The notes below the pieces were generated by a model. The model was not told the DNA's origin. It made no database searches and worked only from the letters and a program-made list of their open reading frames with translations. DNA of 59,863 nt, filler included, from Squatina squatina (taxonomy: Eukaryota): the NCBI GenBank assembly GCA_031763465.1. It is 3 parts of 3 records of this genome, joined end to end, with 100 filler letters (N's around TTAATTAATTAA, not from the genome) between each part and the next. Parts side by side here need not be neighbours in the genome. Positions count along the whole stretch, not along the records: positions 21,467 to 42,040 come from JARFOE010000192.1; 2 more parts are not named here. One strand, written 5' to 3'. Shown here one piece after another: positions 26,249-39,300 of the stretch (position 1 is its first letter; every line of letters starts with the position of its first letter). The translations under genes and the position numbers were made by a program.

Positions 26249-27482
26249 GTAAGTGACATTTTCATTTAAAGTTTATATACTGAAATTGTAAATCGCTTTA
26301 GGGTAAGTACTAGCTGGCAAGATTATTTAAATAAACATTCATGGTGATTCTTTTCAAGCTTGTAAACACTTTTCATTTTGCTTAATAAATATATTCTGTG
26401 ATTGCTGTTAGGATTTTTATTCAGTCTGAAGTCAATGGAGCAAGGTCTGTCATTTGAATTGTGCCTTTCCTGTTATTCCATTCAGTTGTCTTCAGCTTTT
26501 TTTCTTTTTTCTTATTCTTCTCACTTTTTCTATCTTTCTATTTTGTTCACTTTCTTTCTTTCTGACAGTGTTACAAGCGAGTTGAAATCAGAATGCAGAG
26601 AGCACTATGGGGAAACGTTCCCTCTATGCAATGAAATTATAAACATGCTCCTAAAAGACTGGTTTATGATTTCTCTAAATATTGTGTGAAGAAGAAACAT
26701 TTTTCTCTCCCTGTTCCCAGTGTGGCAGAGGGTACCTCCAGAGGTTGGATGCAGGTTCCATTATTGCACTGTGGGGTTACAGTGCTGTTGAATGCTCCTG
26801 GGGTTTGAACCAGGAGCTAACAGGTGATTAGGATTCAGAATGCTTCTTGAGGGGTGCTTTGTGCTACCCAGACTTGGACTTTTACCGCCATTTCCTTATT
26901 GTCACTGGGTCTATATCCTGGAAATCCCTACCTAGCCGCCTTGTGGGNNNNNNNNNNNNNNNNNNNNNNNNNNNNNNNNNNNNNNNNNNNNNNNNNNNNN
27001 NNNNNNNNNNNNNNNNNNNNNNNNNNNNNNNNNNNNNNNNNNNNNNNGCATGATTTTACATTGAATATTCTAATTTATACTTCCTGGCGAGGATTCTTCA
27101 ATCTGATTGGTTGACGAGACATGCTATTGCTTTTCCTGTTCACACAAGTTCCAGATCCCCTGTAGAAGGCACCGCACTGTTTCGGCTCTCTAATTACCAC
27201 AAGCCGCTGTGCAAAAGCCCACAGAAAGTCTGTGGCCAAGTGTAAGTGCAATGAATGGCAAGCACTGTTTGTTCGCCGCTGACCGCAAAGTTCTCAGCTC
27301 TGCCAGAAGGAGAAGTATGCTTGTGTCTTATTTTGAAGTAATTTTTGGTTAAATACAGCCAATTTCTAAATGAGCATTTTGGTAAAGTTTCATCTGTCCA
27401 ATCCCTGAATACCCCATAATGGATGCATTGTGATTTATTTCCAGTTCACAATAAAGATTTTCTTTCACTCTTCCACCCACAG

Positions 27483-27580
27483 TATCATCAGCTTCATGAT
27501 GAATATTTTACCAGCGCAGTCATCCTCTCATTGATACTTGCTGCCTTATTCGGCCTTCTGTATCTTCTCATAATACCACA
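27483..27580 (+). CDS. ADCY1: Adenylate cyclase type 1, M2 transmembrane exon
   Basis: cacag acceptor, CA/gtaagt donor; 98 bp; YHQLHDEYFTSAVILSLILAALFGLLYLLIIPQ. Confidence 0.92.
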
Positions 27581-27696
27581 GTAAGTACTCTCTACACTTA
27601 GTTAATATAACTGTCACTTTGCTTTTTCTTTCTAATCTAAAACGACTGCTATTTGTTTGTAAGTAAGCACATGTTCCTTTTATGTTTCTCTGTTAG

Positions 27697-27781
27697 GAGC
27701 ACTGTGGTCCTTGTCCTCCTCGTATTTTGCATTTGTTTCCTGGTTGCTTGTATCATGTACCTCCACGTCACTCGAGTGCAG
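27697..27781 (+). CDS. ADCY1: Adenylate cyclase type 1, M2 transmembrane exon
   Basis: gttag acceptor, CAG/gtaaac donor; 85 bp; STVVLVLLVFCICFLVACIMYLHVTRVQ, in phase with previous exon. Confidence 0.92.
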
Positions 27782-29665
27782 GTAAACTAGGTTTTATTAC
27801 ATTTTTGAGTGTTACAGGATCAAAGGAACATGTTTTCTGATACTTGTTCCAACTTGATGCACAATTTTAGTGCCCCACACTTGGTAGAGAGAACTACAGA
27901 GCTGGAAGAGGTTGGGATACTTTTGCAGTTGAACTGAGAGTCCTTCTTGTCAGCAGATGGTGGGTGAGTAGTCTAACCACTGCTCCTTANNNNNNNNNNN
28001 NNNNNNNNNNNNNNNNNNNNNNNNNNNNNNNNNNNNNNNNNNNNNNNNNNNNNNNNNNNNNNNNNNNNNNNNNNNNNNNNNNNNNNNNNAAAAAAATCTT
28101 TCATAAATAAAGAATATATAGAGATACACATTGACAAACTGGGAGCTGCCAAGTTTACCGCATAAGAGACAGCACTGGCGAGTATTAAAGTTGTTGTTCA
28201 ATAGAAAAAAAATGTTTCACAGCTCTGTATCCTGCTACATAAAATAGATGAAATACATCAGATAATAACTTTGATCTTTTTTAATTATAGGACCCATTGG
28301 GGGTTTTATGCTGCTTGTTATATCACTTGAATTAATTTACTGCTTTATTTCCCTCACCACCTCCTAAGGTGGTCAATGAAGTAACCATGGATGCAGGTGG
28401 TTTCTTTAGAATTTAAAACCATTGTACAGTCTCCAAAATTAAGAAAGCAAGACATGCTACTTTATTATTTAGAAAGCGGATGATGTGTTCCCTGTGGCTT
28501 GCCTAAAATTGGTTTCTAATCTGAGAGAAATAAAATAGCTTAACTTGAAGTGGAGCACTAGAAGACAAATGAGGACACATCTTAAACTGAAATCGAGTTA
28601 CTTGACAGAGTGTAAATGGACTGCATGCACTTTCATTTTAATGAAATATTATTCAGCACATTAAGCAAGTACCTGAATACTATCTCTATCAAGTGCTTTC
28701 TTTATCTGTTTTCATCTTATTTTCTGAGCACTGAGAGGGAGTGAACATAATAGCACAGTGGCTAGCTGAAGCTATGGGAGAGAGACACTTATTGATGGTG
28801 CAAACACAGCAAAACTAAGAGGAGGGTTTTTTTTTGTAAACAGTAACCACTTTTAAGTATTAACAATATTTGGCGTATTAAGAAAGGAAATGCTAACTGT
28901 TAAAAATACTGAAATGAATGTAAAGATATGGGGCAGAGATGTGTACACTGGGTTAGAAGGGAGGCTTGTATTTGGAAAACAGCTCACTGAACAGGTGTTG
29001 TTCAGCACTGAAGACATTTTTATTATTCAGCAATTTTCACAATGGTATGTGCCCTAATACAAGAATAAATTGGTTTTAGATTTGTAATACAGAAATGTTA
29101 TGATTTTGATAAACAGACCATAAAACACAATATACAATATATTGAAAACCCATCAGATACATTTCTAAAGTACTGTAGTATCGATGCTGTGGATGTTCAT
29201 TGGCAATGAGTCGGACAGTAAAGTCATTAAAGTGCATTATTTAGATGGTGATATTTTTTGTGTACCAAAACACCCAGATGAAGCTTGCACCAAGGATAGA
29301 AACCCTTTTTTAAATGTTATTAGTGAACAGTTATAGACCTGGAGTTTCCACTTTGGACGCAATTGGTGATACGGGCGCAAATTGCGCTCAAAAGTGTCCT
29401 AGTTTTGTGAAGTGTGTTTTTTCCCTCAAGTTTCTACTCCAACTCATTTACATATCATTGAACATAAAATCTGCCAGGAACCAGTTTAATCGAGCAACGT
29501 TATAGAAAGTAGTTTAGAAAAAATTGCTTTATAAAATATTACTTGATGTATGTAAGAGTGGTAACNNNNNNNNNNNNNNNNNNNNNNNNNNNNNNNNNNN
29601 NNNNNNNNNNNNNNNNNNNNNNNNNNNNNNNNNNNNNNNNNNNNNNNNNNNNNNNNNNNNNNNNN

Positions 29666-29799
29666 CAAGCTGTCCCTCAGTGTCATCAGTAGCAAGCTTC
29701 ACAGTAAAGGCTGGACTTGGAGCACTTCAGACCCCTACAATGCAAACAAATCAACCTGTGCATTATCTTCCACCCATACCAGTTGTTGAACAAGCATAA
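29666..29799 (+). CDS. ADCY1: Adenylate cyclase type 1, end of terminal exon (start in gap)
   Basis: SCPSVSSVASFTVKAGLGALQTPTMQTNQPVHYLPPIPVVEQA*; resembles the ADCY1 tail (SVRAGL...YLP...EA*); followed by AT-rich UTR-like sequence. Confidence 0.7.
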
Positions 29800-32004
29800 T
29801 GGATTTTGGCATAAAAATGAAGTCTGCATTTTGAGGGAAAATTATTTAATGATGACAGGATGCACCGATCTTTCAAGAAGATTTTGACATTTGGAAGTCA
29901 AGCACTCAAGAGAAGAACGTTTTCCTGGAGCAATCGCCAGGAGGATATGGGTCATCAGCACCAAGAATCACTGCGATTGAACCAAAGACTAAAACTTTGG
30001 GTGGTGTTACAAAATACAATTCTTGGAATGGCAAATTAAGGGCTAACTATCTGTTAGAAGAAGCAAAGAGCTACATTTCTGGCATAGAGAATTATCTTTC
30101 TAAATAAAATGAAGAATCTTAGCAGTCTGAGTCAACTATAACTAGAATTTGTACATTTTAAAATTTCTGCATGTTTTCTAAATGTGCACAACACATTTTA
30201 CCACATGACTTTTGAGTTAAAAATTAGTACTCATTTTTACTTCAGTGGTCAATAGATAGTTTCGCACATTATCAAGATATCCATGTATATTGCCTTATTT
30301 GTTTTCTTTTTCACATGTGTATAGCATTTTCANNNNNNNNNNNNNNNNNNNNNNNNNNNNNNNNNNNNNNNNNNNNNNNNNNNNNNNNNNNNNNNNNNNN
30401 NNNNNNNNNNNNNNNNNNNNNNNNNNNNNNNNNNNNNNNNNNNNNNNNNNNNNNNNNNNNNNNNNNNNNNNNNNNNNNNNNNNNNNNNNNNNNNNNNNNN
30501 NNNNNNNNNNNNNNNNNNNNNNNNNNNNNNNNNNNNNNNNNNNNNNNNNNNNNNNNNNNNNNNNNNNNNNNNNNNNNNNNNNNNNNNNNNNNNNNNNNNN
30601 NNNNNNNNNNNNNNNNNNNNNNNNNNNNNNNNNNNNNNNNNNNNNNNNNNNNNNNNNNNNNNNNNNNNNNNNNNNNNNNNNNNNNNNNNNNNNNNNNNNN
30701 NNNNNNNNNNNNNNNNNNNNNNNNNNNNNNNNNNNNNNNNNNNNNNNNNNNNNNNNNNNNNNNNNNNNNNNNNNNNNNNNNNNNNNNNNNNNNNNNNNNN
30801 NNNNNNNNNNNNNNNNNNNNNNNNNNNNNNNNNNNNNNNNNNNNNNNNNNNNNNNNNNNNNNNNNNNNNNNNNNNNNNNNNNNNNNNNNNNNNNNNNNNN
30901 NNNNNNNNNNNNNNNNNNNNNNNNNNNNNNATTAATTTTATGCTTTACCACACAAATAAAAACACTGCTATGTGATTATGATTTTTTTTTAAACTGTAAC
31001 TAGCTTGCTAATTTTCCATATTTAAATACGGGTCTATTTTTATGTGCATATTGAATATTGTAGAATATCTTTCAGTCTCTTTTGGAACTGTAAGAATGAC
31101 CTAAAGAATCAAATACATGTCCGACCTTTTATGTTAAAAGTGGATAATATTCATGAAAATGTTAAATGTGAATGTAAATTTCTAATTATAAATTTTATAC
31201 TGAGTGTTTGCACTATTATAATTTCTTCTGTGTCTTATGAAAAAGTAAAGAAAAGCGGTTTAAAAAAAAACCTTGTTTCTGTGCATTTATAAATATTTAC
31301 TGTGTTCTTTATTAACTTCGCAATGTTGTATGCTTTATTGGAGTATTTCTCTCAGTTTTATTTCAAAATGTAAAATGTTTAGATAATGGATTTGAGTCAG
31401 ATGTCTTCAACAAGTCATCTTCTAAGGTACAGCTCTTCCAATGCTATCACCAGTCCTAGACATTAATACCGAGAATCGTCTCTGTGCTTGGATAATCCCT
31501 CCCACCCTCTTCACTAAAGCATTTGCTAATCAGCAAAATGTACACTCTGTTACTGTTTGATGAATGATGGTTTGCAGAATTTTGACAGAAAATTTCAACC
31601 ATCCACAAAACAACCATGGAAAATTGTATTTTACTACATGCTGGCAGTTGTTTTAAAACTGATATTACTTCTATAATTATAAGTCTTGTAATCCAATGAG
31701 CATCTGTAACATACATTTTATAAAGGCATCACACCTGAAAGTTTGGGCCCCAAAATTATTCAGTTCTTACAGCATCTCTGGGGTGCTTTTTTAATGCAAT
31801 GGAATTTTCAGTGGTGGATTTTTGGACGGAACCTGTTTCCGCCAGGTTTCCACCCCATAACGACAGTGATGTTAATCCCATTGGGCCAGGGGCCACCACA
31901 TGATCCACCTGTCATAATGCAGGCAGCGACTTTAAATATATGTAACAGGGGTCTGACATTGACAAGCCTAAAGTTAGATTTCCAGGGGTAAGTCAGATGA
32001 TATA

Positions 32005-33023
32005 AATCAAGGCATTAAGGAGCTTTAGTAAAATTGAAGTCAGTGAGAATCAGGGTGAAAATTCTCCATTGCTGGAGTCTTACCTAGCACAAAGGAAGAT
32101 GGTTGTGGTTATTGGAGGCCAGTCATCTCAGTCCCAAGACATCGGTGCAGGAGTTCCTCAGAGCAGTGTCCTAGGCCCAACCATCTTCAGCTGCTTCATC
32201 AGTGACCTTCCTTCCAACTTAAGGTCAGAAGTGGAGATGTTTGCTGATGACTGCACAGTGTTCAGTTCCATTTGCAACTCCTCAGATAATGAAGTAGTCC
32301 ATGCCCGCATGCAGCAAGACCTGGACAACATTCAGGTTTGGGCTGATAAGTGGCAAGTAACATTTGCACCACACAAGTGGCAGGCAATGTCTGTCGCCAA
32401 TAAGAGAGAGTCCATCCATCTCCCCTTAATATTCAATGGCATTAGCATTGCAGAATCCTCCACCATCAACATCCTGGGGGTCACCATTGACCATAAACTT
32501 AACTGGACCAACCACATTAGTACTGTGGCAACAAGAGCAGGTCAGAAGTTTGGTATTTTGTGGCGAGTTACTCACCTCCTGGCTCCCCTTTCCACTATCT
32601 ACAAGGCATAAGTCAGGAGTGCGATAGAATGCTCTCCACTTGCCTGGATGAGTGCAGCTCAAGAAGCTCGACACCATCCAGGACAAAGCAACCTGTTTGA
32701 TTGGCATCCCATCTGCCCCCACCTTAAACATCCACTCCCTCCACCATTGGCGTAACATGGCTGCAGTTTGTACCATCTACAAGATGCACTGCTGCAACTC
32801 GCTGCGGTTTCATCGACAGCACCTCCCAAACCCACGACCTCTAAGACCTAGAAGGAAAAGGGCAGCAGGCGCATGGGAACAACACCACTTCCAAGCCACA
32901 CACCATCCTGACTTGGAAATATATCGTCATTCATTCATCGTCGCTGTGTCCAAATCCTAGCACTTTCTCCCTAACAGCACTGTGTGAGTATCTTCACCAC
33001 ATAGACTGCAGTGGTTCAAGGAN
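32005..33023 (+). mobile_element. CR1-clade LINE, RT domain to near 3' end, frameshifted
   Basis: GVPQSSVLGPTIFSCFISDLP...MFADD...QQDLDNIQVWADKWQVTFAPHK. Confidence 0.92.
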
Positions 33024-33479
33024 NNNNNNNNNNNNNNNNNNNNNNNNNNNNNNNNNNNNNNNNNNNNNNNNNNNNNNNNNNNNNNNNNNNNNNNNNNNNN
33101 NNNNNNNNNNNNNNNNNNNNNNCCAATTTTTTGATATGAAAATCTTTTAAAACAGTGCCTGTACGCCTACGAAACTTAACGCAATTTGAAGAATCTTCCC
33201 GAACGAGCACAATCGGCGGATTCTCGCAATGTCGACCTGGGGCATGGCCAGTTTTGTGGACGGGGCCGGATTTGGTGAATTGCATCTTAAACCAGTGTAA
33301 ATGATCACAGAGAGCATGCATGTAAGTGGTTTTGGATGTTAGTAACTTATGTTTAAAATTCCACGATCGTTTGCGTTGGTGCGGCCGATTCTGTCTGGAT
33401 TGCATTGATGTTACTGGTTTAAATGTGTGGAAGCTCCACCCCGAAATGTATAGAAGTGATTTACTGTCCTTTGATGAGC

Positions 33480-33995
33480 AAAGTGTGATACACACAGTTC
33501 CAAGCCAAATAGCCAAAGGAACTGCTTATTAGTCACCAAATTCCAGAAAGGCCCTCAGAGTAAATAGGGTGTAATCTGTTTGAAGTGGATGCAAAAAAAT
33601 TCTCTCATATGTTCTGGCTATTAGTCTGATTTATTTGAAGTAGACTGACTGTGTGTTTAAAAAAAGGGAAAGAAGGCAGTGCTAAGATGAAAACTCATTT
33701 TGCATATCATGGAATTCCAAATTAGCTTATAACAGTCTGTGGTCACCACTTAACTCAAGGGAATTCCAACAGTTGAAATGACAGTATGAGTTCAGTCAAG
33801 TCACCAGCTCATCAAGGTATATATATTCAAATCTATATTCAAATGGCAAGGCAGAAGATTCTTTTAACATTGCAAAAGCACTCCTAGAAAAAGCACACAG
33901 ATCTGGCAGAGACCCTTACCTCACTCTTTTTGAGTGGTGCAATACCCCAAGCGAAGTATTAGACAGCCCACTAGCTCAAAGACTATGTGACTAAT
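33480..33995 (+). mobile_element. Gypsy/Ty3 integrase relic
   Basis: Fragmented frames: PERP..IGCNLFE, KMKTHFAYHGIP, SNGKAE, IAKALLEKAHRSGRDPYLTLFEWCNTP..DSPLAQRL. Confidence 0.75.
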
Positions 33996-34170
33996 GAAGA
34001 CACCCCTCTGGGAATTCATTAGCCAGATCTAGCCTGACAGCCATGTGTCTGGATAGTTCTGCCATAAGGAGAATAATTGCAGCTGGAAAAGTAGCAGGAA
34101 GCTTACCAGTCTTTAAGCTGGTAAAATCACAGTTGCAAACATGCACAACATTGTGGGTCTGGAATTCATG

Positions 34171-35856
34171 GGGGTAAAATTGGACACTGTAGTACCCGTT
34201 CTTTGGGCACAACGAGGCCTCTTAAACTAGCAAAATGGCGTCTGCGACACGGGTGCACACTTCTGATGGGTGGTACGTCTGATGCTATATTTGTAAAGGG
34301 GTCAGCGCACACACACCTAATGACTGCCACCAGCATGCGGAGCAGGCAGATCATGACGTGATTTGATGCCAGCAATGCCATTTTGGAGCTCCATGCTCCA
34401 GCCTATGCCCTCTCTTAAGCTTGCACAGCTGAACACGCATTAGGCAGAATGAAGGACCCCACCCCCACCACAACCACGGCTATTTAAAGGGATCATCAAC
34501 GACTTACAGGTTAGTTGCTAGTTGATTTCTTCTGTTTGTTGCGACATTTCTACATGATTTTGGTGCTTTCCATAGTTGTTTCAAGTTTCAACAGTCTACA
34601 GGGAGTGGTGTGGTAGGTGCTGAAGCGCGTTTTGCTGATTTCAAGACTTCTGCACAAACCAGTTGCACCCAAACAGGGGTGCACCAACAGGCCTTCCTCT
34701 TGGAGTCAAGCATGACTGGAAGAATGAACAGAGGCCACACAAAGCAGGACAAGCTGCTAGAAGAGGGAGAAGGAGGCCATATTCATCCAGGGTGTTTAGG
34801 GAGCAATTCCCCGACCTGAACTTCAGTGACGACCAGTGTTTGAGACGTCTACACTTTACTAACGAGATCATCACTGAAATCTATCAATTGCTGCAGCCAC
34901 AACTCCAACCTCAGAGCTGGGCAAGGACTGCATTGCCATGGGAAGGTGACCGTGGCTGTGAACCTTTATGCACCTGGCTTCTTCCAGGCTCGTGCTGGAG
35001 ATATTAGCAACATCTCAGTTTGCAGTCCACTGTTGCATAAGGAAGGTCACTGAGGTTCTCGATTCAGAGAGAGATAACTTCATTTAATCCCCTTTTGCTA
35101 GAGACAAGCAGGTGAAGTAAGACGATGGTTTGCAAGGTTTGCAGGTTTCCCCATATTGCAAGGTGCCATTGACTGCACGCATATTTCTTTGTGTGTCATG
35201 GCTGCCATTTACTGGAACCAACAGGAATTCCACTCCATCAACATGGAGCTGGTGTGTGACCAAAGGCAGTGCATCATGCAGGTTGATGCCCAGTATCCTG
35301 GCAGTAGTAATAATCAGTGTTCCCTATAAGGTGCACTGCCGCACACTGCTCCAGGGACCCTGCACAACTGGCTTGCCAGCATTTCAATATAAAAACGCAC
35401 ATGTGCGGTATTTTGAATGGCCGTCCAGCCCCTTAAAGGGGCTGCACAGGGCCAAAAGGGAACATCGGTCATGATGCCTTCATTTTGCAGCAGTCTGCTG
35501 CACCATCTGCATTTGAGCCATCACGGCAAGTGTGGCTCCTGGACGATAAGCACTATCCGCAGACGACATGGCTTATGACTTTGGTGCACAATTCACGCAA
35601 ACGTGCGCAGCATGCATACAATGAAAGCCATGTTGCCACATGAAATGTGATTGGAGTGCTGAAACAATGCTTCAGCTGCCTGGGCTGCTCTAGAAGAGCT
35701 CTGCAATCATCAGCATAATGGGTGTGAAGGTTTGCGGTAGTCTGCTGCATGCTGCACAACCTTCCACCAGCTATATGGCAAATAGCTGAGGAGCAGGAGC
35801 ATGTAGAGGAGCAAGAGAAGAAGTAGAAGGAGGAAGAGGGAGTAAGGAAACAGCCC
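34171..35856 (+). mobile_element. PIF/Harbinger DNA transposon relic with HARBI1-like transposase pseudogene
   Basis: Terminus GGGGTAAAATTGG at 34171; RRPYSSRVFREQFPDLNFSDDQCLRRLHF; GFPILQGAIDCTHI; VVCCMLHN; acidic tail; multiple frameshifts and stops. Confidence 0.85.
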
Positions 35857-35978
35857 NNNNNNNNNNNNNNNNNNNNNNNNNNNNNNNNNNNNNNNNNNNN
35901 NNNNNNNNNNNNNNNNNNNNNNNNNNNNNNNNNNNNNNNNNNNNNNNNNNNNNNNNCTGGTTTACTTTTTGTGTTTCG

Positions 35979-36341
35979 ATGTGTCTTTTAAAGTATTGGA
36001 GCGTTCTGCTTGTGCTGCTTTCACCATTGACGCTGGAGGCATCTGGGCCGATCCGCTGCTTGCCCTGCACCGATGAGAGGTTGGCACACTGCCCACCTGT
36101 GGATACTACGTGCACAGAGGATGTGGTGAGGGAGCCCGGTTGTGGCTGTTGCCGGATGTGCGCGCTTTCCCGCGGCCAGCCATGTGGGGTGTACACGACG
36201 CGCTGTGGCACGGGGCTCCGCTGTTACCCCCAGATCGAGGAATCTAGACCTTTGGAGANNNNNNNNNNGAGACACTCATGCAGGGACGGGGCATATGCAT
36301 GGAGATAGCTGAAGTGGAAAGGATTCAAGTAATACAAGCAG
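35979..36341 (+). CDS. Insulin-like growth factor-binding protein exon 1 (IGFBP1 by position, IGFBP4-like by sequence)
   Basis: Signal peptide; GCGCCxxC motif and CGVYTxRCGxGLRCYP; closing the 10-N gap via the GAGA overlap gives [25 protein letters not shown] then G/gtaacc donor. Confidence 0.9.
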
Positions 36342-39300
36342 GTAACCAAGAGAAATACATTCATAACATGGCGATAGGAAAGACCAATCTTACATGAAAT
36401 AATTTCTTTGTTATTAGTATTACCATGATACACTAGTATTGCTGTAGCTAGGATTATTAGCATAAATGGAGATAATCTACAGTTGCCGGTACAACTGGAC
36501 GTTAATATCACTTAAAGATGCACTGTTGTCTTGCTTGCCCGAACTTCCTACAAAACNNNNNNNNNNNNNNNNNNNNNNNNNNNNNNNNNNNNNNNNNNNN
36601 NNNNNNNNNNNNNNNNNNNNNNNNNNNNNNNNNNNNNNNNNNNNNNNNNNNNNNNNTGTCTTTCAAGGTGTTAGATCCAATGGAAGATACACTACTTTCG
36701 TAAATGCAATTGCCAAAGCTACTATGAGAAAAAGCTGAGCCTGGTGCTCAGTACAAGCCAAAGTCCGACTAACAGAATCAATAAATGAGCCTATTCCCAA
36801 CACACTATCCTCCCTAGATGCTCCCCATCATCAGTGGGGTTCCTTTACAGGTAATATTTACCGATCCCTGAAGCTTCTAACAATGATTAATAGTTTTAAT
36901 TGCTTGCCCTGAAGAACATTTGTCACACTTAATAACTGTTTTCAAACAAAGTCTTCCTTCCGATTTCATTTCAAAGGCCAGCACAGTGGGGGTATCATTT
37001 CCACCAGGCACCCAGGTAGAAAAAAGCCAATAGTTGAAAAATATAAGAAACCATTTCTATGGTGCCCCAGTACACCATTGAAATGACTCAAAACATGCAA
37101 AAATGGATTGCATTTTTGGGGGTGCAGTGATCGTTGTCATGTAGATACATGGGGTAGCCGGCCATTCTGCATCAACAAGATCTCACAAGCAGCGGTGAAA
37201 AGAAGCAATAGAGCCAGCATTTATATAGCGCCTTTCATGACCACAGGATGTCCCAAAATGCTTTACAGTCAATGAAGTACTTTATTTTTAAGCTTAGAAT
37301 TTTATTTCCCAATTATATGAAGAATAAGCTTGCATTGCTCACACGCACGGTGTCAGTTGCATCTCCAGTTAATCTGTTGTTGTTGATGATGGTGGTGTGC
37401 TTAGTGATTTTGGTGTTGGGGCTAATCGTGGTGGGATCCAGAGGACCAAGGTTAGATTTTTTCAAGGGCTCCGATGCTGATGGAACAGATGGCAGCTGAA
37501 GTTGAGATGACAGAAGCGATCTGTCAATGGTGAAAGAGGTTGCTCCAAGGAGGTGACAGTGGATAGAGAGTTCACTGCAAACTCTTCCAAATTGCATACA
37601 GCTCAAAGGTGTTTTCCAAATCCTGAAGGTGTCAGCTTCTGAGATTGGAGAGTGAACAGTTGTGAAATGGTAGCTTTTATAACACTTCTGCAGCTGTCAA
37701 CTAGTCAAAGCAATGGAGAGTCATTGAGAATCTGACACACTTACCTGACGTGTTCCCCAAGGGACGTGAAACTCGCAAAAACTTGGAAAAATGGTAAGTA
37801 CCTGGTAAAATTCTTTTTAAATACCTTTAAAGTACCTCTTAATGATACTGCCACTTGGTCTGTGAACCGCAGCCAGACCCGGCATCTTGGAAACTTACAA
37901 GGAGGCGGGTTCAGAGCAGGATCCCTCTGCCATTTTGACAGCGGGCCCGCCTTCAAACCCACACTCGCAGGGCTGGTAAGATTCTGGCCTTGGTTTTTGG
38001 TTTGTGATTGGAAGGGACCTGAGATAATGTTTAGAGATCAGTGATAGTAGGTACATGCATTCCTGTAATTAACGACTCCTGTGAAAACTAGAACATCCTG
38101 ATAACAGATAGCACTCGGAAGAAATCTTTGTACAAGTAGGCTTCCTTACTGCTATGGTCATTGTACTTTAAAATTATGAACATTTGTCCATCCACTTTTT
38201 TTTCTCCCTGAAAGCCACGTGGTACCATACAATTCCAAACTCCAGATTTCAATATATATTTTTAGACTCATCAATGCTGTTCCATTATTGGATAGCTGAC
38301 CAGAACTGGACTACGTTCATTACTTTTTTCCTTTCAGCCCTCCTACATCTAAGGTAGGATGTATGAATCCCATGCAGCATACCACCTTGTGGCCTGATCA
38401 AAAGCAGATGAAACTTGCATATTTGAATGGATATTTCCATGTATTAAACGTATATACCATAAGCAAGTTGAGCAGAAACATTACCAAATTTCAGGGAACA
38501 TGGTAAAATGGTTCCTAAAACCATGTCCAAACACACCTAATAGGATAACCTTTTCACTACTTGTGTGGCACCGTGTGTCACATGAAGTAGACTTTGGGTA
38601 TGAATGCTTTTTTAACAGGGCATTGTGCTTATAGCCATAACTGATATTCTGAACCATGTTCAGCACATATCCATAACAAATTGTTGTATACAATAATAGT
38701 AATCGTTAGTATTCCCTTCCTCATCTACAGTACAGTGCTGTTGATTTTTAAATTGCACACATTCTACAGTACCATTATAAAGCTCCCAGTTTGTATTGGT
38801 ACTATAAAATCTAGTATGTCTGTTGAATTTTGAAATGATATTCATGAATAATTGATGTCTCTTTTCCCACTCTGGTGCCATATCTTCTGGTGCCAAATGG
38901 TTAATTTATCAGATGCAACCGTAGTATTTAATTGTATGGTTTTATATTCTACAATTTAAAAGATATATTCATTAATATTTTGAAACTTAAAAACTAACCA
39001 CAGGTACTATTCCATCAAGTGTACTTACAAATATATTTACAAAAGTAACAATCAGAAGCTGCAGTTTCAGGTTCATTAAATGTTGTCACAACGTGTTGTT
39101 TATAATTTATGTAACAGAAGAACCTCAGAATAGTCTCTGAACCTGGAATCAATGTAGAGGTGCTGAAGCTATAAAGAAGCCTTTCAAACTTTCCTTCATA
39201 AATGGCAACTCACACCTTTTCATTTACTGTGCTTTTTACCCTTATTTTGTGCAATTTGAAACTAACATAATATTTACTATTTTTGGATTTATTATAGTGT

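Noticed and set aside
34663-35800. Domesticated HARBI1 gene
   Set aside because: Multiple frameshifts and stops, with a transposon terminus at 34171
37248-37499. Small membrane protein ORF (+)
   Set aside because: Starts inside a SINE tail; hydrophobicity comes from GT-rich low complexity; no recognisable homology
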